NCBI GenBank assembly: GCA_030770535.1
Contig: JASVEC010000021.1
Location: 744,001-808,000 of the forward strand
Direction: 5' to 3'
Length of the DNA stretch: 64,000 nucleotides
From: Batkoa obscura
Lineage: Eukaryota
Position numbers and translations under genes: made by a program
Shown: piece by piece, positions 45,302 through 58,669 of the stretch
How positions within the stretch are numbered: the first letter of the stretch is position 1
How the letters are laid out: the number at the start of each line of letters is the position of its first letter
The notes under the pieces: generated by a model
The model's input: only the letters and a program-made list of their open reading frames with translations
Databases searched by the model: none
What the model was told of the DNA's origin: nothing

Positions 45302-45798
45302 TTTTGAAGTGTTAATTCTAATTTTTTAATTTTCATAGCCTTTAAATTTATAAGAACAGGAACACTTTAATAAGCTAAATGCTTTTTATTGGCTATCAGA
45401 AGGTTACATTTAAAAAATTTCGAACTTTCTAATAAACTGAATCATAAGTACAGAGATTCAATTGAACTCATTCACAATCATAACTATAAACAAAATACTT
45501 TAAATCTAGTTCTATATGAAAATTTGATTATAGAAAGTGATAATTTGAATTTTGTCTTATTTGAACCTGAAAACATAAATGAAAACATATTTATGTTCTA
45601 AAGTACGAAATAAACAACTACAAAACGTTACATAAGCATATTGATTTTAAAACTATATATTTTTAAAGTGGTCCAATAATTTCTAATAATCTATGCTTAT
45701 ATTTATATTTAAACAAATAATGCGCTAATACAGTAAAATGATATATATTTTGGGAAAACATTTAAAATAGGTTTGAAGAAAAATGAAAATTATGATTT

Positions 45799-45889
45799 GG
45801 GGATGTATTTTTTTTTAAAATTTTTGTTAAACTTTCCGCTCAAATAGTGCTCAAAATAGAAAGATAATGAAACCGAAAAAAACATCCTC
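45799..45889 (+). mobile_element. MITE copy
   Basis: GGGGATGTATTTTT...AAAAAAACATCCTC with ATTT/ATTT flanks. Confidence 0.9.
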
Positions 45890-46486
45890 ATTTGGTATTA
45901 TAAATGTGAGCCTAAAATAAAACTTTAGAAAATTAACTAGAAGTTTCGATTGAGATAAAGTCATCGCGACTTTAAATTAAACAATTATTGTTTATAACAT
46001 CTAAAAGCTTTTTATAGTTAATTGCTTTATTTTAGCATATGTTTATGAAGTAAATATTTGTACAGAAACAAGAATGTTATATTTAAAATATAGTTAATTT
46101 TTACTTTAATTTAAAATAAAACTTTACTGAGAAGACGCCAACTCCTAATTGTTCAAAACTAAAACGGTTATTTTGAATTTTCCTGTAAAAAAAACAAGAT
46201 TTAATTAACAATACCCTTACATATTATAATATTTAAAACCGTAAGCATTTGTCTAAAAGTAACTATTCAACATTGAATAAATATAAACTCCAAGTGGCAA
46301 CTAATTACATTAAATGGTTAAATTCACAAATTTATTAAAATTCTTTAATTTTTTATTTGCTACTAAATTTAGTAACCTTTAATTGGTTACAAGAGTAGCG
46401 AATCAAATGACCACACAAAATATTTAACTATTTATTACCAAACTATCCCAAGAAAAAGTCCTTCACTCACTTTAAAATTCGATAAA

Positions 46487-48025
46487 ATGACAACAGTTCA
46501 AACTCCTAAGGCTAAAGCCCCTAAAGCACCTCAAAAACCAGACCAAGCCACTTATAAAAATAGTCTGGACCAGACAGATAAAGAAATAGCCAAAATAAAG
46601 GAAAAATTGGTAATAGTTTCACTTTTCCATTTTTATTGTATTTAAACTTTATTAAAGGAGTTAGTAAGTAAAGAAATCAATGCATTCGATAAAGGAAAAG
46701 GAAAAAGTGACGATCCTCGTACTGAATTACGTAAAAACCTTTCTAATCTTAGAGACCAACAAGCTTCCTTAAAGAAAGCTCGTCAATCAAAGCAAGAGGA
46801 CATTAACCTTTTGCAAAATTCTATTAAGAAGAAAGTAAGAAACATATTGTTTATTTAAAAAAATACTAATCTTTTATTTAGATTAGTGACTTAAAAGCTT
46901 TACAATCTAAGAATAGCTTTAGATCCTTGGCTGAGCTTGAAGAATATATATCGTAAGTCATTTATCTGTGTTGTTTTATTAGGTGCTTATATTTTTTAAA
47001 GAAAACAAGAGAGAAAGGTTGAGAGTGGGAAGTTGAAGGTCATCGAAGAAAAGAAAATCTTGTCTGAAATATCCCAACTTAAAAAAAGTAAGAAATCTTT
47101 TGATATTATCATGGATATAGAAGATTCTCTTGAAGAAGATCGTCAAAAATTAGATGCTATTAGATCTGGGATTGATGAAGCCAAATCCAAAGCCATTAAT
47201 GCTGAATACGATGAAATCAAGGCTAAATTAGACGAACTCAATCTTTCAAACAATGAAGAATGGACCAAAAAGAGCAAACTCTTTGAAAAAAGAGACGAGA
47301 TTCGCAAAAAAATTGATGAGCAATATGAAAAACGTCGCGAAATCATTGGAAATCATAAAAAAGCAAATGATGAATTTTATAATTGGAAGAGAGAAGAAAC
47401 TAAAAGACGCCAAGAGGTCAATGAAGCTCGTAGACAACAAGAAGAAAAAGAAAGGATTGAAGAACTTATTAAAGAAGAACTTGCTCTTGCAGAGTTGCCT
47501 GCTTTTGAAACCGAAATTGCCCAATGTGGAACTTTATTATCTTATTTCCACCGTATATTAGGCTCATCTGAGACCAATGGTAAAGCTGAATCTCCAAAGG
47601 CTGAACCACAAAACGTAAGCACTGCTAGACAAGTCGATGCTTCCAATCAACCTCAAGGTACCGCTTTAGTTAAGAAGTCAGATCGTGATGATGTCTTTTT
47701 CATGGGAAACAAAGTCAAAAAGAGCTCAAAGAAGCCTAGCTCAAAAGCCAGCTCAAAACCTGCTGCATTTACCATCCCATTATCAATCATGGACGCCCTT
47801 TCATCCCTTAAACTTCCTATCCCAACTTCCTCTACTGGAGTTCCAGATCTTTTAACTGCTATACAAAAGAAGATTGAGTTCTTCAAACTTAATCAAGAAA
47901 AGGCATCAATCGAAAAGAGAAAGAGAGCTCAAGAAAAGATTGAAGAACTTAAAGCTAAACATGGCTTAAATGTAGAAAATGGAAAAGAAAACGAGGTTCC
48001 AAAAGAAGTTGAACCAGCAGCTTAA
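46487..48025 (+). CDS. BFR1: Nuclear segregation / ribosome-associated coiled-coil protein Bfr1
   Basis: PQKPDQATYKNSL, VESGKLKVIEEKKILSEISQLKKSKKSF, PAFETEIAQCGTLLSYF and KIEFFKLNQ; 4 exons. Confidence 0.85.
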
Positions 48026-48516
48026 ACTTAATTTGTGATAAAGAAGGTGTGAATCAAACTCTTCAATTAAATGTAGCCATTTTACTTTTTATTTTTTTAA
48101 ATAAAAGTTTTTAATATAAATAAGTGGTTTATTTCTTATTGCCTCATTTATTTGATTATGAAATATAAAACAGAGCTTTGAAGATTGAAATTTAATGTAA
48201 ATAATTTTTAAGTCTGAGATCCATACATAGATAAACATTTATTACTTTTATCAATATATAAATCTCCTTGAAATAAATAATTCATTTTAATTAGAATAGT
48301 ACCTTCCTTGTACCTATTTACGGCTTAAACCAATAATAAAATTTAAAATATATTTACTATAAAAATTCACATTATCTCAAATAATATTAATTTTATTTTC
48401 AAGACTGAAAAGCAGCTTTATTTCGGTTCATACAAAGAGTTTATATTTGATTGGTTTATATTTCAGGGAGGATTAAAAGCAACAAAATTACTTTCTTTCA
48501 TTTGTAAAAATAAACG

Positions 48517-51500
48517 ATGTATACAGATTTCAATTTGGGAGATGAGCTAATCAAATTTGATGAGAAGAGCATGGTGATTGAGGAAGAGATTGACATTGAA
48601 AACTCATCTAAGCAAGAGTTATTGGAGTTTATAAATAAAGCAACTGACAAGTTAAGTTCAGATTATTTAAAAATAGCCAGCTCTAAGATATTCGATGGAT
48701 TACGTAGTATCATAAAGTAAAATTAAATTAAATTAAAGGACATCGCTAAATCAACTTTAGGAATTTATTGATTGTATCTCCAGCAATTATGGATCGTGCT
48801 TTTGATATGATATTGTCTGGTAAAAAAATTTAAAAATCGAGTTATGAATAATTAATTTGAATTAATATTTTTAGGAGCACAGGACTTAATAAAATCGATT
48901 GAAGATAGTTTAAAAAACGGAGTTTTAGTTCAAAAAGAAGAATTGACAGCGTTAAACCTATATTCGTTTTTATTATATATTATAATCAATTATGCTGAAT
49001 CAAAACAAGAAACTGAAAAAAGTACCAAAGCAATGGTAAGTAATCGAGTACAAATAAATCACGACTCTAAAAGTACTGATAAATAGAATTCTAGAGGAAA
49101 TAAGAACCAACGTCAACAGTCTCACTCTTGGGATTGGTTGAGAAAACAAGGTAGATTGTTTGAGATCATCTATAAGATTGCAACGTTACCTTTAAAAAAA
49201 GTATTTTCTTCCAATTATCAAGTTGAAACGATCACAAGGTAAAGATATATGTTTTTGTTTTTATATTAATAAACAAACTATTTTTAGGGGGTTTGTAAAA
49301 AGTATGTTTTCAATTTTGCAGTCAACTGACAACTTAAAGAATCAGACAACACGCATTAAATCCTATCATATAATAGCGATATGTGCAAAAGATTACAATC
49401 ATAATTTAACAACACAAACCTTTGTTTCCCAAACTTTACAATATTTTGAAAATTTACATGATCCTATAGCTGAGTTACTTGAAATGATGGTGAATGAATA
49501 TGACTATACTAGATTAGCTGAAGAAGTTTTAAGGTATTCATTTTTTTGAAAGAAAGTAAAACGAACTTACAGGATTCTATAATATAGCGATATGTCAAAA
49601 AAAGAATTCACAATCAAGGATAAATATGGGCCAAAATCATATTCTTCGTTTTTGGTCAGATTTTGCGAACTTTGTCCTAAAACTGTAAATAAATACATTG
49701 GCATTTTAATTAAACAGCTTGACAGTGAGGTAAAGTACTTTTGTTTATAAAGTGAACTATTAAACAAAAAATAGTGCTATCATATACGATCTGCCATCAT
49801 TGAAGTTGTAGGGATTCTAATTATTGAAATGGTGAACGAGATTGAAAAAGAGGGTAGAGGAGAGAATAATGAATCAATGGTTGATCGTTATTTTGATATT
49901 TTAGAAGAGAGATTCAAAGACAACCATTATCTTGTTCGAAGTAAAGTTTTACAAGTTTGTGGGAGAATAACAGAGTAAAATAAGCTAGTCCCATCTTTAA
50001 TTTTAGCTAACCAGAATCCCATTTCTTAGATTAAAGGCAAAATTTCCTAAAAGAAGACCACGCCTTATTCATTTAACTATTGGAAGATTAGAAGATAAAA
50101 GCGTTATTGTCCGAAAGAATGCTATCAAAACCCTTACTAAATTCATGAAATCACATCCATTTTTAATTGATGGTGGTTCGCTCTCATATGAGTTATTAGA
50201 AAGGAAATATAATGGAATCATGGAAGAATTACAAGTATTAGTAAAATTGAATAACAAATAACCATGACTAATAACTATATGGTTAGGAGTTGCAAAAGGT
50301 TGCTCAAAATATGAGTTTACTTATGGCTAAAGGAGAAGAGCTACCTCAAGATTTGAATTCACATAATGAACATAAAGAAAAGGTAATCATAGTTTACAGT
50401 TTATAAATAATAATTTTATAATTTTATGATTTTATAAGAATGATCATAATATGAGTAATCAAATACAATTTAAAATAAGAAACGAAGACTCTACTGAAGA
50501 AGAAAAATTTGAAGGGAATGACTCAACTGAGATGGAAATGCTAGATAATGGTAACCCAGAAATGACCAATAAATTCTTACAACTAAAAATGAAACAGCGC
50601 TACTATGAAGATGCCGTATTTTTTGTGAAACAACTGATGGGTAGTTTTAGCTCACTATCACAACTTTTAGCTTCCACTCATAAATTAGAAGCCATTGATG
50701 CAATGGATTTTTTTGTTGAAGCATATCATTATAAGCTTAAAGAAGCAGAAGTAAGTCTTATTGCTTATTAATATATACAATTCCTAAGGTTTTATTTAGG
50801 AAGGAATTAGAAATATGATTCATTTAGTTTGGACTAAAGAAAATTCGGATGAAAATAAGGGGACAATAGCAAAAGTTAAAGAGAATTTTTATAACCTTTA
50901 TTTTACTGTACCTACAGCATCTAATGAAAGAGAAAGGATCAATTTAATAGCTAAGAATTTGATAGAGTAATTTTTATTATTCGATATGCTATTATTTTAT
51001 AATCTGCTTTATATTATTTAGCTTAACTCAAAGTGCAAAGATGGCTGATTTGGTTTCTTTAGAGGAATTGGTTCGTCTTTTAACAATCGACGGGCGCTTT
51101 TCTTCAGATTTGATTGAAAAGCTTTGGTTGATTTATTGTAATGTTTTTTCATAGGGTTTAAACTTTATTATTAAATGATTTACATAGCATATAGCAAAAC
51201 CGATCAACCAATAACATTAAGGAGAGGAGCTATCATTTTGTTAAGCATGATTGGGAAAGCTAATCATGAAGTTATCAAAGAGAGAGTCGATTTATTAATA
51301 AAAATAGGACTTGGTGATATTGGAAAAGTAGCTATTATTTACCATATTAATTTCTCATTTAACAATCTTAGGATGATTTCATAGTTGCTAAATACAGCTG
51401 CATAGCGTTACAATGCATTGGTGGAGCAAAAGGGAAGAAAGTTAAAGGTAAATGATAATAATTAAGAATAAAGTGTAAAATTTAAATCAATATGCTTAGG

Positions 51501-53158
51501 CGTTGTTGCAGTAAATAAAAGGCTGGCTATCACAGAATCTATTTTTGAGAAACTTAAAGATTTATTAGAAATAAAGACGGAGGATTATCATTGGTATATT
51601 AAAATATTGCTTATTTTCTAATGTTAATATATGTATTTATTAGGTTTGATATGGCAGAACAGGTTATAAATACAATGTACGATTTGGCTCAACGTCCAGA
51701 TAAATTATGTCAATCAATTGTCAAAAATAAAACACTTGAAATAAAGCGATCAATAGCTATGGAAGATAAAGAAAATAAATCGGATCCATGGCCTTTATCT
51801 CAGTTAATATTTTTAGTAGGGCACATTGCTATCAAGCAAATAGTATTTTTAGAAGAAGTAGAAATTGAACAAAAGCATATAAAAAGTAACCAAAAGGGTA
51901 AATTTCAGATATATTTTTATTTGCTTTGATTAAACCATAATTAGCTGATCAAAGTGAGATGGATTTAGAAAACGTAGCTTCTACGGTTGAAGATGAGCTT
52001 ACAGAGTTTTTTCATAGGGTAAGGGAAAGGGGGCTACTATTTGATTCTTTAAGCTTACTTAGATTATATGGTGATATGATAGTAAATATATGCTCAAATA
52101 ATAAGGTTTATGACGTAAGTAGTTCCTCTTTATTTCGATATACTCTAATTATTTTTAGGATAAAATGCTACAAATTGTTTCGACTTTATCTTTAGCAAAA
52201 CTCATGTGTATCAGCTCCGAGTTTTGTGATAACCACCTTACACTTCTTTTAGCTATTCTTGAGAATAGTAGTGACCCTATTGTCCGTAGTAATATAATGA
52301 TTGCATTAGGAGACATAGCTACATGCTTCAATTCATTGATGGGAGAAAATATGGAGTATATGTATAAAAGATTAAAGGACAATGAACCATCAGTCAAAAA
52401 AAATTCATTAATGGTATTAACGCACCTTATACTTAATGGAATGGTTAAAGTAAAAGGACAGATTGGAGAAATGGCGAAATGTATCGTGGATAAGGATATT
52501 AGAATATCAAATTTATCAAAGTTATTTTTTACTGAGTTAGCGACAAAGGACAATGCAATTTATAACAATCTTCCAGACATTTTATCTCATTTAACAAAAC
52601 CTGAAGGTAGAAGCAACTTATCAAAAGAAGATTTTAGAAGCATCATGAGGTTTTTGTTTGATTTTATTAAAGTAGCTTCATTTTAGGTGTCTAGTTTATA
52701 TGAATATTTATGTTTTGTTTTAGGATAAAGATAGACAATGCGAAAACGTAGTTGATAAATTATGTCAAAGACTTAGGCATCTGGAGGACAAGGGACAGTG
52801 GTGTGACCTCGGCTATTGTCTAACACTGATACCGTATAAATCTGAAAAGACATTTAAAAAGCTTGTTGAACATTTTCCCTTATATCAAGATAAAGTTTTG
52901 GACAATACATTCTATAAGCATTTGACGGATATTGTTACTAAGGTAGTTTTATTTGATATAATGTCATAATTAGATATTAATTTTTAATAGGCTAGACACC
53001 AAACATGGCAAAAAACTGAAGGCAAAGTAATCATTGATGAGTTCGAGTTAGATTTAAAGAAATGTAGGAAAAAGGTGGATTATGATGAGAACGAAGAAGA
53101 AACAGAAGAAGATGACTATGAATCGGAGTCTACTTTTATGGAAGATGACATAGAATAG
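48517..53158 (+). CDS. YCS4: Condensin complex subunit 1 (Ycs4/Cnd1/CAP-D2), many exons
   Basis: HEAT repeats; LAKLMCISSEFC, DPIVRSNIMIALGDIATCFN, LTHLILNGMVKVKGQIGEMAKC and LFFTELATKDNAIYNNLPDI. Confidence 0.95.
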
Positions 53159-53496
53159 GATTTTTAGCATATTTTTTTCAAGTTAAGCTTTTCCACTAAA
53201 TGTACTTTTGTTTTTTGCTTTCAAAATAGACATCGCTTCATTGATTTATGCTTAAAATTATATTTTACCTTGCTTATCAAGCCAAATAAAAGGTACTATT
53301 TAATAAGGCTAACAGGCGTTTTTATTCTGCTTATTTTTCCTGTTTTTGAACATTGTTATTAATATTAAGTAGAAAAATTCTCAATCATATGACTGTTTAA
53401 TTTATAAAATGCAATAGCATTACACTACTTAAAAATGATATTTGTTTTGTAATATTTATACCTTATTAACAATGAAAGCAAAAGTTGTTATTATAT

Positions 53497-53593
53497 GGGG
53501 ATGTATTTTTTTGTTTAAGAATTTTATTAACAATTTTTCCACTCAGATAGTGCTTAAAGAATGGAAAAAGTGAAGTCAAAAAAAAACACCCCC
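53497..53593 (+). mobile_element. MITE copy
   Basis: GGGGATGTATTTTTTTGTTTAAGAATTTT...AAAAAAAAACACCCCC; flanks ATAT/GTAT. Confidence 0.9.
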
Positions 53594-54243
53594 GTATATT
53601 GTTTAAATTCTAAATTTGAAAAACATACGCTAAATGTTTAATTATACTATACTTACTATTGCTTTTCATAAATTTAAGGATTAAAATTATAAGCTTTACT
53701 TTATAGTTTTTGAAATCTAGAACAATATTGACAATTAATTGAAATCACTTTTTTTTTAAATCAATAAACTAAGCTTCAACGTATATATTTCTAGAAATTA
53801 TCAAAAGACAAGTAGTCAACAGGATATAAAGAAAAAAATAAATTTATATTTTATTAAATCTGAATCAGTTTTCTAGAATAATTTTTAGTTGTTTTATTGA
53901 TCTTTTAAACACTGAAAACAACCCTTTCATTTCCATATTGCTTATTCGTAATTATACTTTAGTGATATACAAAAATTGGGAAAACATTGAGCCTAGGGTT
54001 TAAGTTTATCCAAATTATATTTTTGTATTGTTATTAAAATAGATAAAAATTGAAATAAGAATACTTTTAATCTAATGTAAAAAGTATTCTTAATTGTTTT
54101 TCAAGAATAAAAACAAAGTTAATTTATTAAATAGTGTTAGCTATATTAATAAAGATACTTTCATTCATCATAACGGTGTTCTATTTATAAACATTTTCAA
54201 TCCTTATACTTGACATTTTTTACTACAAATCTTAATAGCATAT

Positions 54244-54437
54244 GGGAATGTATGGGGATGTATTTTTGTGTTTAAGAATTTTACTAACAATCTTTCTACT
54301 TAAATAGCGCTTAAAAAATGGAAAAGTAATGAAATCAAAAAAAACATCCCCGTATTTTTTTGAATTTTAGTGGTAGTTTTTCCACTCAAACAGCGCTTAA
54401 GAAATGGAAAAAGTAACGAAACCAAAAAAACGTCCAC
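54244..54437 (+). mobile_element. Nested MITE pair: inner copy 54254-54351 (GTAT TSD) inserted in the left TIR of an older copy
   Basis: GGGAAT-GTAT-[GGGGATGT...ACATCCCC]-GTAT-TTTTTTGAATTTT...AAAAAAACGTCCAC. Confidence 0.9.
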
Positions 54438-56891
54438 ATAAAACTATTAAGGGATTTAAAATCACTTAAGAATCAAGAACTACAGTCTAATATAATCTGT
54501 TATTAAAGTTTTGAAATCAAATATTTTAAAACAATATTTTAATATAATAACCTGTTTAAAAAGACATTTTTTTATGAATAGGTTGTTTTTAATAAATGTT
54601 TTAATAAAGGGGATGCTATTGATTTAATTATAAAGTGAATGTTTTATGTGTGCAAATTCAAAGTCAGTTTAATAAACAGCCTTTTAAGGTGAAAATTCAT
54701 TAAAAATTAATATTTTTTTAATAATATCTTTGAAGGCATTTTATCAAGATGAGAGTGTATACATAACTTATTTTTAATTTAAGTCAAATTTGTTCCGCTT
54801 TGAAAAATTTCAATAAAAAACTCTTTCAGGATAGGCAAAATTGAATAGTTCAAATATAAATTAAATATCAAGGGATGAATCAGTTGATAAAAATAAAAAC
54901 ATACTTTTAAATCGTATAACTTAATCTTCTCAAATACATCGCAACTATTTAGCACCTCTTAATGATTTTTATAATAATACAGTTATTAAACGTCTTTTTA
55001 GAGTTCTAAAGTTCTAAATATGCATTTTTTCGAACCGAAAAATCCCCATTTCATATAAATTATAATAAAAATTTATGCTCTTTCATAAATTTGAATCTTT
55101 TCAGGGAATAATTAAGTACTTTGTTCTTTACAACTCCTTAAATTATCTAAGCAATCACTTTTTCTAATCGGCCAATTTTAAAATTAATAGAATTTTTAGA
55201 ACCTTTATTTTTGGGCTTAAAGTAGATAAGTTGGGTATTTTTTATCCACTTATTTTAATTCAATAAACGGAAAGTGAACAAACAAGTATAATACATTAAC
55301 AACCTTCCTAAATTAACTTTTACGTTATACTATCTTTTATTTTTATTAATAAAAGTATGAATTCTCCTTTAAAGTGCGAATGTTTAATCCTACTAAAAAT
55401 ATACATTGGTTTAGGCCAATAGATTATCGGGAAATTAATATGAGAACTGCACGGGTTATAATTATGACCTAGGATGTTGTTGTCATGAATATTCAACTTT
55501 ACAGAACTATTTATAGTTTCAAGCATTAATTAATTCCATTATTACAACAAAAAGCTTGTCAAATTAAATTCAAAACTGAGTCTACTTGAAGCCAGTATAA
55601 TTTCAATAGAACCAATAATAAAGGTTGTAATTCTAAGAACCTTTTATTAAAAAGTGAGGAGAAAAAATGGAATTGCTTTCTAAGAACTGGAGGTAACCAT
55701 TTATTCTTTAGAACAGTTTGGCTTTTATTACGAAATTAATCAGATCATATAGAATAAAAAATTAAAATGACAAACCATATATTAGATTTCATCATTATTT
55801 TAATAAATATAAGAAGCTGCTATACTTTTGATAGCATCCTTGAATTTTATATCATACAGAGACGAATATGCTTAAAACGAATACTCTTTGAGAATTTTAT
55901 TGTAATTCAAGTTATTTATTCAAGCTATTAAAGCTAGGCAGAAGCTGGAGTAAGAAACAATGATTTACATTTGAAAACAAAGCGGTGGAGATAAACTAAG
56001 TTAAAATGTTTCAAATTCTGTATAAATTTACTAGGTCATTTCCTATATTTAATTCTTTGTCAATAATAAAGATGAACAATACTTGGCTAAATTATCATTC
56101 GAGCTACAGTTACAAAACGTTTTTATAATATGCTACTAAAGTTTTCGATTTTACCAAAATCACGGGTTAATGACAATGATAATTTTAAAAATGAAACCAG
56201 CTTTAAACATGCCAAGTATATAAGAAATGTGTGTAGATACATTTATAATATCGTCACTTCTGGCATTGATATGTTTCAAAAATTGCACTTATAAAATCTA
56301 TGTTAATTTTAAGTGGATGTCATTAATTACATTTAATATATTTTTTATGTTAAGTTATAACATTTATTAATTCTACATAAAGTTAATAAATTTTTTAATA
56401 AAATACAACTTATATTTAGGTGCTAAGAATAAATTTCATGCCAGGAACTTTAAAAAGTAAAATCGAAAGATCAAGGTTAAAAATGGAATTTGAAAGGAAG
56501 GCCAATCAATTGAAACATATCTCCGGCTTATTTTTTTTCTCCCTCTTTTAATTGCATAAAAATCTATATCTGGAACGCCAAACCAATCAAACTGTACAAC
56601 CTTTACACATTTAGTGGATTAATTGTTTCTAGACTCACACTTAATTTATTCCTAATAGGAAACACTCAACTTAAATGTGGATAGCCATTTATAGTGAAAA
56701 AACAAAATTTTAAAATAAGTTAAAAAATTTAGTAGAAAAACTATATAAAAGACTTGATATTACTTTTCGAATTTTATTTTACTTCAACTAAACAATTTAT
56801 TATTTAGTTGTTTTTAATATCCTTCTCTACTTGTCTATTTTACTAACTTAATTTGTCTTTTTTGAATTTGATACTTATTTAAATATAAATT

Positions 56892-58292
56892 ATGGCACCA
56901 CCACAAGTAATTCCAGAGATAACTACAACCACCCCAACCTTTGATAAGGAAGCTGTTAGACGTTTAACAAAAAAAGGAGTGGTTACTTTAATATTTGATG
57001 AAAAGGTATATGATGTTACAAAATTTATGAAATTTCATCCAGGGGGAGATCATCTTATTAAGACTTCTGCTGGAACTGATGTGACTGAAGTTATGATTGC
57101 TATGCATCATAAATCTATCTTAGAAACTAAACTTCCACATTATTATATCGGTGACTTTAGAGAAAACCCTTTAGAGCTTATTGACCCTATTAAGGAAAAG
57201 GAAGTTAAGCGTAAAAAGGAGTTATCTAAAGCTTATCGTGAACTTGAAGAAACTTTGATTGCTGATGGTATCTATGAACCAAATCATCGTTTTTATATAT
57301 TGGAAAGTTTAAAGTGTATTTTACTTTTTACAACTTCTATCGCTCTTGCTTTATATGGTCCCCACCATATCCTCAATTTTGTTGTTTCAGGTTTATTATT
57401 AACTTTAATGTGGCAGCAAGGTGCTTTCTTGGTCCATGATCTTGCTCATCGTTATGCTACTTTTGATGCCAAATTTGATTATGTTGTTGCTGTTCTTTTC
57501 AGTAACTTTTGTAGTGGAACCAGTGTAGGATGGTGGAAACACAACCACAATATTCACCACATTATCACTAATGATCCAGAACATGATCCAGATCTTCAGC
57601 ATATGCCTTTTTTTGCTTATTCAACCAAATATTTTAATTCACTTTACTCTTATTACTATGGAAGAGAAATGACCTTTGATGAAGCTGCTAAATTTATGAT
57701 CTCTATCCAACATTATACTTTCTATATTATTCTCATGTTCGCAAGATTTAATTTGTATTTCCAAGGTATCAATCATCTACTTACTCGTCCTTCACCAATG
57801 CCTAGACTTGAACTTGCTTTAACTGGCTCCTTTTTTATTTGGTATCCTGCTTTACTCTCAACTTTCCCAGATTGGACTACACGTATTGTCTTTGTTTTAA
57901 TTACCCATTGTCCACAAGCTATTTTGCACCTTCAACTTCTTCTAAGTCATTCTTTCATGCCAATTGAATCCGTAGGTGATGATGATTTCTTTATCTATCG
58001 TCAACTTCGTACCTCAATCGATATTGAATGCCCTGAATATATGGATTGGTTTCATGGTGGTTTACATTTCCAAGCACTCCATCATCTTTTCCCACGTGTA
58101 CCAAGACCTCATTTCCGTAAGCTTTTAGTTCACATCAAGAAGTTCTGCTATGATAATGAGTTGGAACACCACTCTATCACATTTACTGGGGGTAACTTTG
58201 AGATGGTAAGATTACTCAAAGATGTTGCAGACCAAGTTAAATTGTTTGCCAAGGTTGCTAAAGAAGCTAGTCAACATGGACACATTCATTAA
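56892..58292 (+). CDS. SLD1: Cytochrome b5-fusion front-end desaturase, most like delta-8 sphingolipid desaturase
   Basis: HPGG haem motif; His boxes HDLAH, HNIHH and QALHH; WWKHNHNIHHIITNDPEHDPDLQHMPFFA resembles fungal Sld1 more than delta-6 enzymes. Confidence 0.85.
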   Translation: MAPPQVIPEITTTTPTFDKEAVRRLTKKGVVTLIFDEKVYDVTKFMKFHPGGDHLIKTSAGTDVTEVMIAMHHKSILETKLPHYYIGDFRENPLELIDPIKEKEVKRKKELSKAYRELEETLIADGIYEPNHRFYILESLKCILLFTTSIALALYGPHHILNFVVSGLLLTLMWQQGAFLVHDLAHRYATFDAKFDYVVAVLFSNFCSGTSVGWWKHNHNIHHIITNDPEHDPDLQHMPFFAYSTKYFNSLYSYYYGREMTFDEAAKFMISIQHYTFYIILMFARFNLYFQGINHLLTRPSPMPRLELALTGSFFIWYPALLSTFPDWTTRIVFVLITHCPQAILHLQLLLSHSFMPIESVGDDDFFIYRQLRTSIDIECPEYMDWFHGGLHFQALHHLFPRVPRPHFRKLLVHIKKFCYDNELEHHSITFTGGNFEMVRLLKDVADQVKLFAKVAKEASQHGHIH

Positions 58293-58592
58293 GTTAAAGC
58301 GTATAGCTTGTATTAATTCTTATTTATGGCACATAGATGATTTAAATGGTCCCTTAAGCTAAGTAAGCTATTAATTTTGTTAAGTGATCTTAACCTTAAG
58401 TATGTAATTACATGGTACCTGTTATATTATTGATCAAATCATCTTTACGCTTTGTAAACAAAAGTTTAACTGAATTTGAACGTATTTTCAAATATCTAAT
58501 TACTGTTCTAAAATTATAGTATTATTCATTAATAAATTATGTTGCAATTTTTACTTTACTTTTAATTTCAAAATTTTCTATACCATCGTATA

Positions 58593-58669
58593 TATACTTT
58601 GATTTCGGGTCAACCTATACTTTGATTTCGGGTCAACCTATACTTTGATTTCGGGTCAACCTATACTTT
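58593..58669. repeat. Perfect 23-bp tandem repeat (TATACTTTGATTTCGGGTCAACC) x3.3
   Basis: Three identical units plus a partial, directly visible. Confidence 0.95.

Noticed and set aside
47143..47886. Antisense and alternative-frame ORFs over BFR1 (and similar ones at 284, 5267, 8251, 26667, 52155, 57405, 59751)
   Set aside because: Shadow ORFs of real genes with biased composition and no independent evidence.
54056..54092. 13-bp inverted repeat (TAAGAATACTTTT/AAAAGTATTCTTA), and similar hairpins at 10215-10239 and about 17937-17959
   Set aside because: Short AT-rich stems are expected by chance at this composition; no repetition or context supports a function.
54481..55000. TACAGT-starting segments suggestive of a Tc1/pogo-type remnant
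   Set aside because: No matching inverted terminus could be defined.
58593..58669. 23-bp repeats as a CRISPR array
   Set aside because: No spacers between the repeats, eukaryotic context, and no cas genes.
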